From NCBI RefSeq assembly GCF_006345805.1, contig NC_043000.1, positions 40,176,001 through 40,240,000 of the forward strand: a DNA stretch of 64,000 nt. The letters run 5' to 3'. The translations under genes were made by a program, and so were the position numbers. Source of the stretch: Octopus sinensis (taxonomy: Eukaryota). Shown here piece by piece: positions 1 to 12,539 of this stretch. The first letter of the stretch is position 1; every line of letters begins with the position of its first letter. Under the pieces are notes generated by a model, which saw nothing but the letters and a program-made list of their open reading frames with translations, was not told the DNA's origin and made no database searches.

Positions 1-30
1 ACCCTCGTCGTCGTAAACAACGGAGTGCCA

Positions 31-107
<77 letters not shown>
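31..107. repeat. (TATC)n microsatellite
   Basis: Perfect TATC tandem array; a second array at 496-652 flanks the same insert. Confidence 0.95.
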
Positions 108-493
108 GACCAAGGTTACCGTGGTCTTTTTCGTAGGCTTTTCTTCCCACGGATAAACCTTACTTGCTTTCCCCTTTACACCATATATCATAACACTGTG
201 ATACACGATCCCTATTGATCGTTTTTTTTCCTCTTCCCCTTTTTTTCCCCTTTTTTCTTCTTTTTTCATTTCTCTTTTCTTTTGTTCCTTTTCCTTTTCT
301 TTTTTTTATTTTTATTTTTATTTTTTATTTTATTTTTTTTTTGTTCTTTTCTTCCCTTTTACGATCCCTCTTGATCGAAAACCTGCGCCACCCCTTTTTT
401 TTTGTTTTTTGTTTCTTTTGTTTTTTGTTTTTTTTCATCCCCCAAAAGAACTTGTCCCATCTGTGTGCAGCCCTGTGTGGCCAATAAAGAAAC

Positions 494-495
<2 letters not shown>
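108..495 (+). mobile_element. Probable 3' end/3' UTR of a non-LTR retrotransposon inserted in a (TATC)n array
   Basis: T-rich tract, AATAAA at 483-488 just before the downstream (TATC)n array, (TATC)n on both sides. No protein homology seen, so family assignment is inference. Confidence 0.4.
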
Positions 496-576
<81 letters not shown>

Positions 577-597
577 CCTACCTACCTACCTACCTAC

Positions 598-653
<56 letters not shown>

Positions 654-654
654 A

Positions 655-1487
655 CAGGTTGTTTCAGAAAATTTTATATCATTTCGCAATTTAATAACTT
701 TGCCAGTTCATGTTCAAATGACTTCCAACATGTGTAGAAACAGGTCAAAATTTTATGTTTAATGTTTGATATTTTTATCTTTTCAGGTATAGAAATGGAA
801 GAGAAAAGGCGTTTTGTTTGTTGGAGTATGCTCGAACACGGTCGAACCAGACTGTGCAGCGTGCATTTGTGACAGAGTTCTCTAAAAAGTCACTAACGGC
901 AATGCAGATTTGGACATGGCACAAAAAATTCAAAGAGGAAGGCTGTCTGTGCAGGGCTAAAGGATCTGAACGACCACTAACATCGGAAGAGACGGTTGAA
1001 CGGGTTCGCCAGAAACTCTTGCGAAGCCCCAGGAAGTCCATAAGAAGAACAAGTCTGGAAACCCAGATTGCTCCAACGACAGTTTGGCGTGTCCTGAAGA
1101 AACGCTTGTTAATGAAACCCTACAAGCGGCAGAATACAAGCGAAAGCGCAAAGAATACTGTGTTGATAAGCAAGAGAAACTCGAAGAAGCTGAGTTCAAG
1201 GAACGTTTTGTTTTCAGGGATGAGGCCACACTTCATGCGAATCGCAAAGTCAATATGCATGATGTTCGCATTTGGAGCGAAGAAAATGCCCATGCCACAG
1301 TTGAGCATGCTGGTGGTGTGCATATTGAACATTTGTGAAATCGTTCATGGAATCCACATTCCTTTGAATTTCTCATTCAAATATAGATGAATAAATCTCA
1401 TGTTGCTCCACATTAAGCCTGTTTAGTTTCATTTGCTTTGACTATGTAGTTTCTGTGATATTTACATCTCAAATTTTTTGAAACACC

Positions 1488-1490
<3 letters not shown>
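655..1490 (+). mobile_element. Internally deleted Tc1/mariner-superfamily DNA transposon (836 bp)
   Basis: TIRs CAGGTTGTTTCAGAAAATTT (655) and AAATTTTTTGAAACACCCTG (ends 1490), TA on both flanks, transposase remnant inside. Confidence 0.92.
818..1320 (+). pseudogene. Frameshifted, truncated Tc1/mariner-type transposase (HTH region plus first catalytic Asp motif)
   Basis: ORF 818-1390 begins with a paired-like HTH region (...WHKKFKEEGCLCRAKGSERP...SPRKSIRRTS...TTVWRVLKKRL). A second frame gives FVFRDEATLHANRKVNMHDVRIWSEENAH, matching the FSDEATFH...VN..N.RIW..ENP motif. The rest of the DDD domain is missing. Confidence 0.85.
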
Positions 1491-1540
<50 letters not shown>

Positions 1541-1542
<2 letters not shown>

Positions 1543-1697
1543 TAAAACAGGTTGCTCTGCCGCATACCGTATGTGAATTGCAGAGTTATGTCGTATATGG
1601 AGTCCCCACTTGTAGAAAATGGAAATAAACAGTCTCTGACTGCTATTTCTAATTCTTTCGGTATGCGCCAGAGCAACCTGTTGCCTGCCCTTTTACT
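1541..1697. mobile_element. Small MITE with ~30-bp imperfect TIRs in TA context
   Basis: AACAGGTTGCTCTGCCGCATACCG (1546) is the reverse complement of CGGTATGCGCCAGAGCAACCTGTT (1659-1682) with one mismatch; outer AGTAAAA/TTTTACT; TA flanks. Confidence 0.75.
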
Positions 1698-2289
1698 TAT
1701 ATACTATATATATACTGAACTCCACAGAAGTTCCCGATGCTAAACGTCATATTTACATACGAAATCTACCGTAAATAATTGTTGGTTGTCGGAAAAACCA
1801 TCGAAAAAATTATTTACCATTTTATTATATATATATATATATAATACTAGTCACATACCTGTGATAAATATAAGTAACAAAGATAAATAAGTAAATAAAT
1901 AAATCTATGTAAAGAGCATGGATACAAATAACATAAGAAGCGAACCCATATACACACACAAACTCACACAATAACTTCACAGACAGCCGCAACAAGATCA
2001 ACAACAGGACTAACAACGACAGCAGCATTAGCGGTGACAACGATGGCAATAAGAACAACTACCACGATGGCAACAGCGTTTAGCGAACACAGAAATACAG
2101 AGAGATACAGGAACAGTATCAAATTTTCGGGTTCTAGGATAGTAGTAGCGCCAACAGGGTGAGAGGATGGGGCTGAGGGGAGGGTCATACTGCTACTAAG
2201 AGCAATGATACACACACAAGCATACACACACACATACTACTCATGAACACACACGCACACATACAGAAACACGGACGCAAACGCATGCG

Positions 2290-2415
2290 CACGTAAGGAT
2301 ACACAGTATAAACGAGTGAAGAAACATATATAGTGCGTGTGTTTATTTGGGAAAAAAATACGACCGTCCGAAATACAACAATACAACAATATATATATTA
2401 TATATATATATATAT

Positions 2416-2472
<57 letters not shown>

Positions 2473-2790
2473 GTTACTACAAACATGAACAAAGAGAAAA
2501 CAACAACGCAAGGGCGTAGAACAAGTATAGTTATTGGACGTTCAGGAAAGGAAAGAAAGAAGGAGGATTTAACGTTTCGAGCGGAGCTCTTCGTTAGAAA
2601 CATAGAAAAAGGAAAGGTCCAAGGAAGGGAAGTCGGAGAAAGAAAATCGCCAACGATACACATGCGGTCACACACACACACACACACACATATATTTATG
2701 TATGGAGGGAGAGAGAAAGGAGACTGGCGATACAAAAGACGTATAAAAGATACACGCATACACAAACATACAAACATTCCGCCTACATAA
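2290..2790 (-). mobile_element. Penelope-like pseudo-LTR fragments split by (TA)n
   Basis: 2310-2380 matches the arm ends of the 35334-35800 palindrome. 2568-2600 holds a decayed hammerhead motif. Confidence 0.5.
2568..2600 (-). ncRNA. Decayed minimal type I hammerhead ribozyme (core G5>A)
   Basis: Minus strand reads TTT-CTAACGA-A-GAGC-TCC-GCTC-GAA-ACGT-T-AAA: short stem I, 4-bp stem II, palindromic stem III. Confidence 0.55.
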
Positions 2791-3119
2791 ACTAGGCACT
2801 GTAAACGCTCTATTGTTTTAATCATTCAGATAAAACCGGTGCAGTGTTATGATTGTTCCGTCTGTAAATATAAAACTATACATTTTCCCACCCCTCTCTC
2901 CAGTTTCCTTCCCTCTCAGCTCCCGGTTTGAACAATAAGCGCAGACGGTGGTTTGTCTGATGACGTGTGGACGTGATGATGTATAGGCAAATATCTTAGC
3001 TATTTGATTAGCAATTGTGGTGTTAGTATTTCTTGGTCGGTGACGTAGTGCAAAGCATGGGAATTTTTAGTTCACTAATAATATGGTCCCGTTTGTAGAT
3101 CGTAATAACATAGTTGACA

Positions 3120-4110
3120 ATGTGGTGGTGGTGGTGGTGAGGATGGCAGCGGTGGCAATTGTAGTTATGTTGGTGGTGGTGATGGTAGTGGTTGTGGTGG
3201 TGGTAATGGAAGTGGTGATGGTGACAGTTGTCTTGCAGTGGTAGTTGTTGTGGTGGTAGCGGTGATTGTCGTTGTAGAGGCGGTGGTGGTGTTAGTGGTT
3301 AGTAGTGATGGTGGCTGTGGTGAAACGGAGATGTGGAAGGAAGGTTGTGGTAGTGGTAATGGAGGTGGTAGTTGTTATGTAGGTGCAGTAGCAGTGGTGG
3401 TTTTGGTGGTGGCGGTAGCAATTGTATAGCACTGGTAGTTGTGGTTAAGGTTAGGGTGTTGATGCTCGTCGTGGTGGTAGTGGTGGTTGTAGTGGTGGTA
3501 GTGGTGGTGCTCGTGGTTGTAGTGGTGGTATTTGTGGTGGTGATGATGTGCTATAAGTGTTTAATGTCAGACCAGCTCTGGTATTGGTGGTTGTGGTGGT
3601 GGAAGTGGTTATCGATATTGTTAGCCGATCATTCCGACTATCAAAGGCATTCCAACCATGACCATCCTGTTTATTTTCGTGCACATGCAACGTAGTATCA
3701 CATTTTATTCCACGATCCCCTTTTTGCTATTTAAGACTAAAGTTCAATTTAGGGGCGATTCGATCGCGTGACCACTTGAGTTTCCCACGTCAGCTCCAGG
3801 TGGTATTTGTAGTGTTGGTGTGCAATCGTTGTCAGTATGTGCAGTAGTAGTGTTAGTGTTGTTAGCATCGTTGTTATTGTGTTGGTGGTAGTAATGGTGA
3901 TAGTGGTGGTAGTGGTGGTAGTGGTGATAGTGTCAGTAGTGGTTATAGTGGTGGTGGTGGTAGTAGTAATGGTACTAGTAGTAAGGATGGTATTAGTGGT
4001 GTTAGTGTTGTTGCTGACAGTGGCGGTGGTCGTCGTTGTTGCTGACAGAGGTGGTGGTCGTCGTTGTGGAGGAGGTAATGGTAGTGATAGTGATAGTGGT
4101 GGTGCTGGTG
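3120..4110. repeat. Degenerate (GGT/GTA)n low-complexity region
   Basis: Imperfect trinucleotide runs; source of the poly-Val/Gly ORFs. Confidence 0.85.
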
Positions 4111-4689
4111 GTGGCTACGAATGCGTTAAAAGCGTTCAGCCAGCGGCCGCCGATTCCCTTCTTGTGCCACGCTCCTTGCAGACATTTACCTACAGAGCTT
4201 CAAGAGGGGATATCGATATCTCTCTCACCAGTCTAGGAGGAGGAGGAAACGGTTGGGAGAAGCGGGAGGAGGCGGCGGTTAGGAGAAGAGGGTGGATGAA
4301 GCAGTTGGAAGAAGTTGTAGTAGGAGTGTCTGAAAAGTTCAAAGGCGCTGACCCCTTCTCATTCCATTAACTTCTTTAAAGCATTCACAACTGTCCTTTC
4401 AATTATCTCCCCGTCACCTATATTATTTTTAGAGGTCGCTAATTGGCTAGGTTGTAAGACCATCGGGTAGTATGTCTGGCGCTATATGCTCCATCTTTGA
4501 TGAGTTCAAATGAAACCGAAGCTAACTGTACTTTTCATCCTTTTGGCATCTATAAATGAAATATTAGAGTGTACTGGAAGTCAACATTTGATCAGTTGCA
4601 GCACTTGTGTGGAACAGGTGAGATAGACTGAAGATTGATGTAAAAGTTTGGGGTTTGAAAAACAGTTTTTTCTGCGTTTATCTGTTAAA

Positions 4690-4940
4690 TATGAACATTT
4701 TGGGGGACCAAATTCTATCCTTATAAATCAATTGAAAATGTTACTTGAATTTTCACGCTCAGACTTGCTGAAGCATGGAATGAACTACCCACATCAGTCG
4801 TCAGCTGCCGAGACACTACATCCTTCAAAACTGCCATACTTCCTGAAATTCGCCAACTGTACCACTGTTTTTATTTTTTATTTTAGTTGTAGTGCACCTG
4901 AGTACTGTATACAACAATTTCACTATTATCATATTTTATC
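4690..4940 (+). mobile_element. 3' fragment of a CR1/L2-like LINE
   Basis: One frame reads F..LRLAEAWNELPTSVVSCRDTTSFKTAIL, resembling the CR1/L2 ORF2 C-terminal W N.LP..VV....SFK motif. Confidence 0.6.
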
Positions 4941-5119
4941 ATGTTATTATTATCCGATGGTTTCTCAGTATTTTAAATACATGCAATATAGAACGTCGAC
5001 ACAGAAATTGTAGGTTCCATCATTTGGCTATATTGCTGTTGAAAAGCTTAAAACACAACTACTAGATGTTATAAAATAACTGATTATCGATTCAATGCCA
5101 AATTTAAAAAAAAGTAAAG

Positions 5120-5400
5120 ATGATTTCCTTGGGATACTCCTTTTGAAATATTTGTAGTAGTAGAAACTATAGTTCTGCTTTCATTTACAGGTATGAGGAT
5201 TGATAGCAACTAGGTAGTAGGTATTTTTGTCAACAGTAATGAGTCCAGCAACCACAAATAGGAAATAAAACTGAACACCTTTCTGTGAGCAAACCATATT
5301 AATGTGTTTTCTTACTTTAGACAGATCAGCTTTATTTATCAAAAGCTGCGACAAACTAGTCACTTCCTTCCAGCCTGCTCATCAGTCATTCCCTTGTTGG
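5120..5400 (-). mobile_element. Highly decayed Dong/R4-like RT fragment
   Basis: Minus strand gives DEQ... then SQLLINKADL (cf. DQLLINKAIL) and a GIFQGDSL-like remnant. Confidence 0.4.
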
Positions 5401-5509
5401 ACTGACAATGGTCATGGAGAAATTACTTCTGATATATTGTGCAAAATTTGTATATAATATAAAAAGCCTATAGCTTCCTGTCAAGTGAGTTTTTATTCTT
5501 GGTTAAAAT

Positions 5510-5705
5510 ATAGAATCGTTTGCACGCCGGGAAAAATGCTTAGCGACGTGTTGTCTATCTTTACGTTCTGAGTTCAAATTCTGCCGAGGTCGATTTTGCT
5601 TTTCATTCTTTCGGGGTTGATAAAATAAAAGCCAGTTGAACACTGGAGTCAATATAATAAACTATCACCTTCTCCGAAATTGCTGGCCTTGTGCCTATAA
5701 TAGAA
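5510..5705 (+). mobile_element. tRNA-derived SINE, family A (abundant in this window)
   Basis: Matches the consensus GCAGAATCGTTAGCACGCCGGG...CTGAGTTCAAATTCCGCCGAGGTCGACTTTG...GCTGGCCTTGTGCC shared by many copies; B-box-like GAGTTCAAATTC. Confidence 0.8.
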
Positions 5706-6233
5706 AAATATTTCTCTTTATGATTCGCTAAATTGGTGCAACAGTCTTGCCTTCCATAGTTGTTTTAAATATACATATCAGTGACTTTCTGTAGAAATTA
5801 TCAGCTTGCAACAGTATCGAACTATTAGAGCTCTTTCAGGTGCTTTCCTTTAATCCATCTTCAAACAACTTCAACGAGTTTTAAAGCTGATAGTGTAAGT
5901 TTCACTGCTGATGTTGGCGCAATATTCTTTCGAGATTGTATCTAAGCATAGTGATCTCTGAACTCCTTCATTTCATTTTAAATTTAAAGCCAGAAATGAG
6001 TTTCGTCCCCAAAAAAGATCTTTTGATCGAACACTTTTTATAAAGATGTATTTTTTTCCTCTTCCAGTTTACAGCTTTGGTCAAATCAGTCTCTTGCTGC
6101 TCTGGAGAGTCTCGTCTGTACATTTACATCGTCGACCCCATGAATGTAAAAGACTTGCTCAACCAAAACAAAAATATTTTAAATCACTTCTGTGGTGCCG
6201 AGTACTGTTGCTCTCGACAGTCAGAATTAGACT

Positions 6234-6335
<102 letters not shown>

Positions 6336-6854
6336 CACACACACATATACATACATAATATACATACATACATATGATTATATATGTTGTATGTATCTGT
6401 TGTGTGTGTGTCTGTTAGTGTGTTTGATCGTAATTGTAGATTAGAGGCGAATTTGTGATTCATTCTGGCTCGTGGAAATATTTCTTCCGATAACACAGTT
6501 TTTCACTCAGTGGTTTGGGATCATGTTCAGAAGTAATTAACTCCTCCGCCACCCCGTGAGAGTTTAGAGTGCAGAGTCTTTGTACATTCTTGCTAACCAT
6601 TTTGTTTATATATTTTCTTTAGTGCTATGAACTAATTAATCACCTTATGGTGCTAATTAAATGTCCTATGATTCTGCAATGCAGGCTGTTGATATTCACC
6701 TGTGTTTTTCATATGGAGTTATTTCATTATCACATGTACTGGAGGTATCTCAAAAGGGTTTCTTCAGAGAAATATTTGCTGCATACAAGCAGGTATTAAT
6801 TAGTCGATGCTATTGTCATATATTTTCATCTGATCTTCAACGATATCGTTTATA

Positions 6855-7064
6855 CAGCAATCCCTCGACTATCGCGGGTGTTACGTTCCAAAACCCCCCG
6901 TGATAGATGAAAATTTGCGAAGTAGAAACAGTACTGTACTGTAAATTTTTTGATTATTATTTTTATAATATGTATATATTCATTTTATTATAAATGCAAA
7001 ACAACACCACGGAAGAATCGACGCAAGCTTAAATAATAAACCGCGATATGGCGAGGGATTACTG
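6855..7064. mobile_element. Tigger/pogo-like MITE (210 bp)
   Basis: TIRs CAGCAATCCCTCGACTATCGCGG and CCGCGATATGGCGAGGGATTACTG; TA target duplication on both sides. Confidence 0.85.
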
Positions 7065-7127
7065 TAATCCTTATCATATGAATCTCATTTTTTATAATTT
7101 CCGCCAAAAATAGTACGTTGCTTGAAT

Positions 7128-7439
7128 ATCACCGTGATCACCGTGACCGACTAGGCTATCAGATGTTGCTATACATCGCTGGTCACAATGCGCTTCGCAT
7201 TGTTTTAGCCTTCAAATGACGCCACCCCGCTGGCTAAGCGAGCAGGCTAACAGAAGAAAGAGTGAGAGAAAGTTGTGGCGAAAGAGTACAGCAGGGATCG
7301 CCACCACCCCCTGCTGGAGCCTCATGGAGCTTTTAGGTGTTTCCGCTCAATAAACACTCACAACGCTCTGTCTAGGAATCGAAACTTCGATCCTACAACC
7401 GCGAGTTCGTTGCCGTAACCACTGGGCCATTGCACTTCC
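7128..7439 (-). mobile_element. tRNA-derived SINE, family B, full length
   Basis: Reverse complement of the 61011 copy; A/B-box-like head; tail ends in repeated CACGGTGAT units. Confidence 0.85.
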
Positions 7440-8065
7440 ACTACGTTGTTTGAATATACCCGAGACAGAATGGTAAAATTGTTTTCAAAGCATGGTTTTA
7501 AACTGTTTGGAAAACCAAACTGACATAACAGGAAATTTTATAGCGAAAAATGAAAACGGTGACTTGGCAGGAAAATACGACTCCATTGACTGTATATACA
7601 TTATATACAAAATTTAAACAATCTGTCTCGACTAATTCCGGCAAGACTATTGCTGGTGGTGACTAATAAAAAGGTTAGTAGAAAGAAGGGAGTTGAGGAT
7701 GCGCTGAATACCTTTTGATAAATATGCTACAGTAATTTCTGTCGAATCAGTTTCACACGGAGATATATAAGAGTTGGATTATGGTGATAAGGGAGACGGT
7801 TTATTTAGGTTTTAATCGCTATTCTTTTCACTATGGCAGCTTTTGGCTGATGTATGTTTTCAGAAAATCGACGATGATCACAGGAGTTGGAATAAAAATT
7901 GTTATCAACGACATCATTTTCCGGGCAGTGACAGAGACTTGCAGACATGTATGTATGTATGCATGCATGTATGTATGCATGCATGTATGTATGTATGTAT
8001 GTATGTATGCATGTATGTATGTATGTATGTATGTATGTATGTATGTATGTATGTATGTATGTATG

Positions 8066-8345
8066 TGTAAGTGTGTATGCTGTGTCTTCGAATTCTATTT
8101 AAGTTCTTACGAGAATTCAAGCCGGTCACTAACAAAACAACTAAACTTTTTGAGTTAAGAGAGTTCCCAGTGTTTGTAAATATATGGTTGAATTGGTGTG
8201 TTGCTTGAGCTGTCAATGCACGCACTTGGGTCTGTGCATCTAATCTCAGTTGGAGAATCTTTGGAACGTCTTAAAAATCCTCATTGTTCCGCTTATAGAT
8301 TGGATTTGGAGAACGCGAGACAGTTTCTTTTGCTCTTTTAACGAA
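8066..8345 (-). mobile_element. 3' end of an RLE-type LINE (subfamily 2) inside a (GTAT)n array
   Basis: Minus strand reads QKKLSRVLQIQSISGTMRIFKTFQRFSN*, homologous to the C-terminus at 17530 and 58660; 3' UTR runs into (ATAC)n at 7948-8065. Confidence 0.7.
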
Positions 8346-8359
8346 AAACCTATGTATGT

Positions 8360-8490
8360 ATATCATTATTCAGTTTATTTCAAGATTTCTTGCCAATAGA
8401 GAAAGAACCGGTTTCTAACCTAGATTCAAGGTTCCTTCATTGGAAATTCAAGATCAATAACAGGGTATTTTTGTTTGTTTGTATGCATTT
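8360..8490 (-). mobile_element. 3'-terminal segment of the (ATAC)n-associated RLE LINE
   Basis: Near-identical to 17300-17410 and 58395-58495. Confidence 0.8.
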
Positions 8491-8605
8491 AATGTATGTA
8501 TGTTGTATGTATGTATGTATGTATGTATGTATGTATGTATGTAGTATATATTATGTATGTATGTATGTATGTTGCATGTATGTATGTAATGTATGTATGC
8601 ATGTA

Positions 8606-8638
<33 letters not shown>

Positions 8639-8877
8639 TGTATGTATTATGTTATAGTATGTAGTATGTATGTATGTATGTATGTATGTATTATGTATGT
8701 ATGTATGTATGCATGTATGTATGTTGTATGTATGTATGTATGTATGTATGTATGCATGTATGTATGTATGTATTGTATGTATGTATGTATGTATGTATGT
8801 ATGTATGTATGTATGTATGTATGTATGTATGCATGTAGGTATGTATGTATGTATGTATGCTGTATGTATGTATTATG

Positions 8878-8911
<34 letters not shown>

Positions 8912-9204
8912 TTATTTTATGTATGTATGTATGCATGTATGTATGTATGTATGTATATGTATGTATGTATGTATGTATGTACGTATGTATGTATGTAATG
9001 TATGTATGTATGTATGTATTATGTATTATGTATGTATGTATGTATGTATGCACGTATGTATGTATGTATGTATGTATGTATGTATTATGTATGTTATGTA
9101 TGTATGTATTATGTATGGCATGTATGTATGTATGTATGTATGTATGTATGTATGTATTATGTATGCATGTATGTATGTAATGTTTATGTATGTATTCATG
9201 TATG

Positions 9205-9236
<32 letters not shown>

Positions 9237-9280
9237 CATGTATGTATGTATGCATGTATGTATGTATGTATGCATGTATG

Positions 9281-9314
<34 letters not shown>

Positions 9315-9607
9315 TGTATGTATGTATGTATGTATGTATATATGTATGTATGTATTATGTATGTATGTGTATGTATGTATGTATGTATGTATGTATTCAT
9401 GGTATGTATGTATGTATGTATGTATATATGTAGTATGTATGTTTAGGTATGTATGTATGTATGTATGTATGTATGTATGTATGTATGTATGTATGCATGT
9501 ATGTATGTATGTATGTATGTATGCATGTATGTCGTATGTATGTATGTATGCATGTATGTATGTATGTATGTATGTATGTATGTATGTATGTATGTATGCA
9601 TGTATGT
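8480..9607. repeat. ~1.1-kb imperfect (GTAT)n array
   Basis: Continuous degenerate tetranucleotide array; source of all MYVC/HTYI ORFs here. Confidence 0.95.
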
Positions 9608-9624
9608 GCAGATTAAATGTCCTT

Positions 9625-10500
9625 TAGATGGCTGGTTATGGGATCAGCAAAGGTTTTGGTGAAACTGTAGCTTACCCTAACGTGAAAGCTATAAATGATT
9701 TTATGATAGCTTCGGTCACCAGAAAATGTAGATTTTAGAATTCTGACAACATTGACACAAACTTTTTAAATTCCGTACAAGATTATACCATACGATATTT
9801 AATTTCCCGTTTCTCGTATTTTTTAAGTATTAGCTTTGTTTCGTATTTATTGTATTCTAATTTTGAAGGTAATGTCTTTTAATGAGTCATTGAAATAGCG
9901 AGCTGCACGTTTAAAGAATATCTCGTGAAAGGATAAGATGGACAAGCATTTAATAAAGTTCCTTGGGATAATTGGGCAGTTGGTGGGGGTTTATTGTTTG
10001 GTTTATTTACAAGCACCTAAATATAGGCTACACTTAGATTCCTATCCCTTAGGCTGCATCTTAGCTACACTTAGATTCCTATCTTCTGTCAAACTATTTT
10101 AATATATATTAATATATATTAATGAGCTCTTTCTAGCGGTAGTTATTCTGTGGTCCTTCATACCTCAGGAAATGAGTAACCTATCTTCATGATAAAATGT
10201 GAATTTTGTATTGTGGGCGCTCTAAGTCAATGATGCATAGCCCTAATATTTCCCAAAGCTCGGTCTTATCGTTCGATATTGTGGCTACCACAAACAATTA
10301 GTAGCCGTTATGTTAAAGAGTTATAGTAAATGAATCCTTGATTGTTTACAAATTATCTCTGATATTTTTCAATTACTGAAATCCTTAAATAATGTTTACA
10401 CGTCTTAACCACGACTGCTATGTCTTTTTACTCATTATCCCACGAGAAACATTCTGTGTGGCAAAATAGTTGGAAGTGTGGAATAAATTTTATGCTGTGA
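9625..10500 (-). mobile_element. Decayed Naiad-type Penelope-like element, RT/thumb region
   Basis: Minus-strand remnants resembling VNKPNNKPP, EIF.RAARYFNDSL, IVWYN and FYHEDRL (cf. LYRDDGL); many frameshifts. Confidence 0.45.
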
Positions 10501-11419
10501 AGAAGACATTCACAAATACTCTGTTCAATTCCAGGCTGTAATTTTTATTACCGTATATTGGAATGAAAATCGTTTGATGTATCCCTTATGAGGGTTCATA
10601 AATTTTCTTTGATATTTTTCAGTTACTTGAGCTTAACTAGACACATATGTCCCGACATTAACTTTAATTCACTTCCAATTATGCTATCATAAAAATTAGA
10701 AGTTTCAGGACATAGAAGAAAATATATATTTGGGTCAATCTTAAGCTAATGTCGCTAATAATCAAAACAATCAATAACGCCTATAAACTAATTTAGATCA
10801 AATAATACTTCTGAAAATTCTATCTAAATGAAGATCTATATACCGAAGACTCTGATTGCGCATTTAAAATGAGATTGCACATTTAAAATAATAAGCGGAA
10901 ACTAAACTTTGTAAATTTAATTCATTGAAATGGTAAGAATAATTTGGCTACATTTAACTCTTTGGCATCTGTTGATTGTAAACACAAAGTACTGAGAAAT
11001 GTTATTTTAACTCACTATGAAAACGGAAGCTTCTAGTATCATTTCATCTATATCAAATAAAATGTTAATTTATTCTACATTTTGCCAATATTTTACTTAA
11101 AATCGATCTTCAATCTCATGCAATGAAACCGAATTATGCAATAACGTAACATGTGGTTTACAAACATATGTACGAACGTGCATACGTACGATAGATATAT
11201 ACTTCCACAGAAACAATGATATTGATAGATTTTAAAACTACGGCGAAGAGAGAGGAAGAGGCTTCTGATCAGTACAAATAGCCTTCTAGTACCGTATCAT
11301 AACATTCAGCCAGCACATACTAAACAATTGCAACGAAAATAAATACCAAAATGAAGTGAAATACATCCTTCGAGTCGGTAATGAAACTTTTCAAGAAACT
11401 CTCACTTCCTGATCTAAAG

Positions 11420-11565
11420 CAGTGCTTCGCAATCTTTTTTCACTTGCAGTACATTTATATTCTTTTCAAAATTCGGCGGCGCACCTGAACTAAAAGTATA
11501 ACTAAAAGTTTTGGGGAAAAAATATATTCAAGCACACCTAGCATCGTCTCATGGCACACCAGTGT
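11420..11565 (+). mobile_element. Partial hAT-like MITE
   Basis: Begins CAGTGCTTCGCAATCTTTTTT, resembling hAT termini; GGCACACCAGTG subterminal motif; no right TIR. Confidence 0.4.
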
Positions 11566-11599
11566 ATATATATTGAATTTTTAAGGCTTATGAATCTAA

Positions 11600-11955
11600 T
11601 ATTCTCCTATCCTTCCTTAATACCGGTTCCCATATGCTATTCATATCTGCACTCGGTCTGCTTAGGAGGTTGTTGTGTCCTAGCATATGTGCTGCTTCTT
11701 TTAGTTTTCATATTTTCCAGTGGTGTTCTCTGTCTATTATTTTAACTTCATCCCACAGGGGGAGGTGTTCTCCATTTTTTCATGCATGATCAGCTATACC
11801 CGATTTATCAATATCTCCTCGTGTCACAGCTTTGCGATGTTCGTCTACACTTATATTGAGGGGGCGGCATGTTTCGCCTTTGTATAACCTACCACAGCTG
11901 CATGGCATGGAGTACACACAGTTTTTCGTCATATTCTCTTCTATTGGTGGTTTTA
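11600..11955 (-). mobile_element. Penelope/Poseidon-type GIY-YIG endonuclease C-terminal fragment
   Basis: Minus strand: NCVYSMPCSCGRLYKGETCRPLNISVDEHRKAVTRGDIDKSGIADHA*...WDEVKIIDREHHWKI*KLKEAAHM...LLSRPS...IWEPVL*. Confidence 0.85.
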
Positions 11956-12349
11956 CCCAAATTATAAATTCACATTTGAGTCAATAAACATTCATGCACT
12001 TGGTTATGTTCGAAAATGTCTGAGTGACAAATTGAAAAGCTAGGATTTTTATGTATAGAAAGAAAACACCTTTTACGCACTTTCACAAATACAATCTCTA
12101 AGTGAAGCAACAAAAGTATGCTAAACCTTTTTAAGCTCAATATGTAGCAGCTCTCACTGTCGCTCCAGTAATGGAACTTGTGTTTCTCTGTCAGAAAATA
12201 GCTCTTTATTTGTAGGAAAAATTCTAATAAATTAAAAACTTGAAGAAATGCATACATATACAGATAGACATATACGTACGAACACAACACATACATATGC
12301 ACACACAAACACATATGTGTGTGTGTATGTATGTATGTATGTATGTATG

Positions 12350-12387
<38 letters not shown>

Positions 12388-12539
12388 AATTAAGGACTGA
12401 ACACGAAAAGTGGACAGTCAACATGCTAGATATAGACGTCAAATCGCCATTCTCCACAAAAAGTCTATGTTCTCAGATCAAACTCAACACAAAACCAAAA
12501 CAATAAACAAGTGAAAAATATACGAAATAAATATTTACC

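Noticed and set aside
8390-9662. Many long overlapping ORFs (MYVC/HTYI repeats, up to 258 aa)
   Set aside because: Translation of a (GTAT)n array that lacks stops in some frames; no coding signal. The same applies to YI, HT and CV ORFs throughout.
12000-12240. Minus-strand HYWSDSESCY...LLLLHL resembling a DDE transposase core
   Set aside because: Similarity is weak, downstream motifs are not recognisable, and I cannot assign a family by eye.
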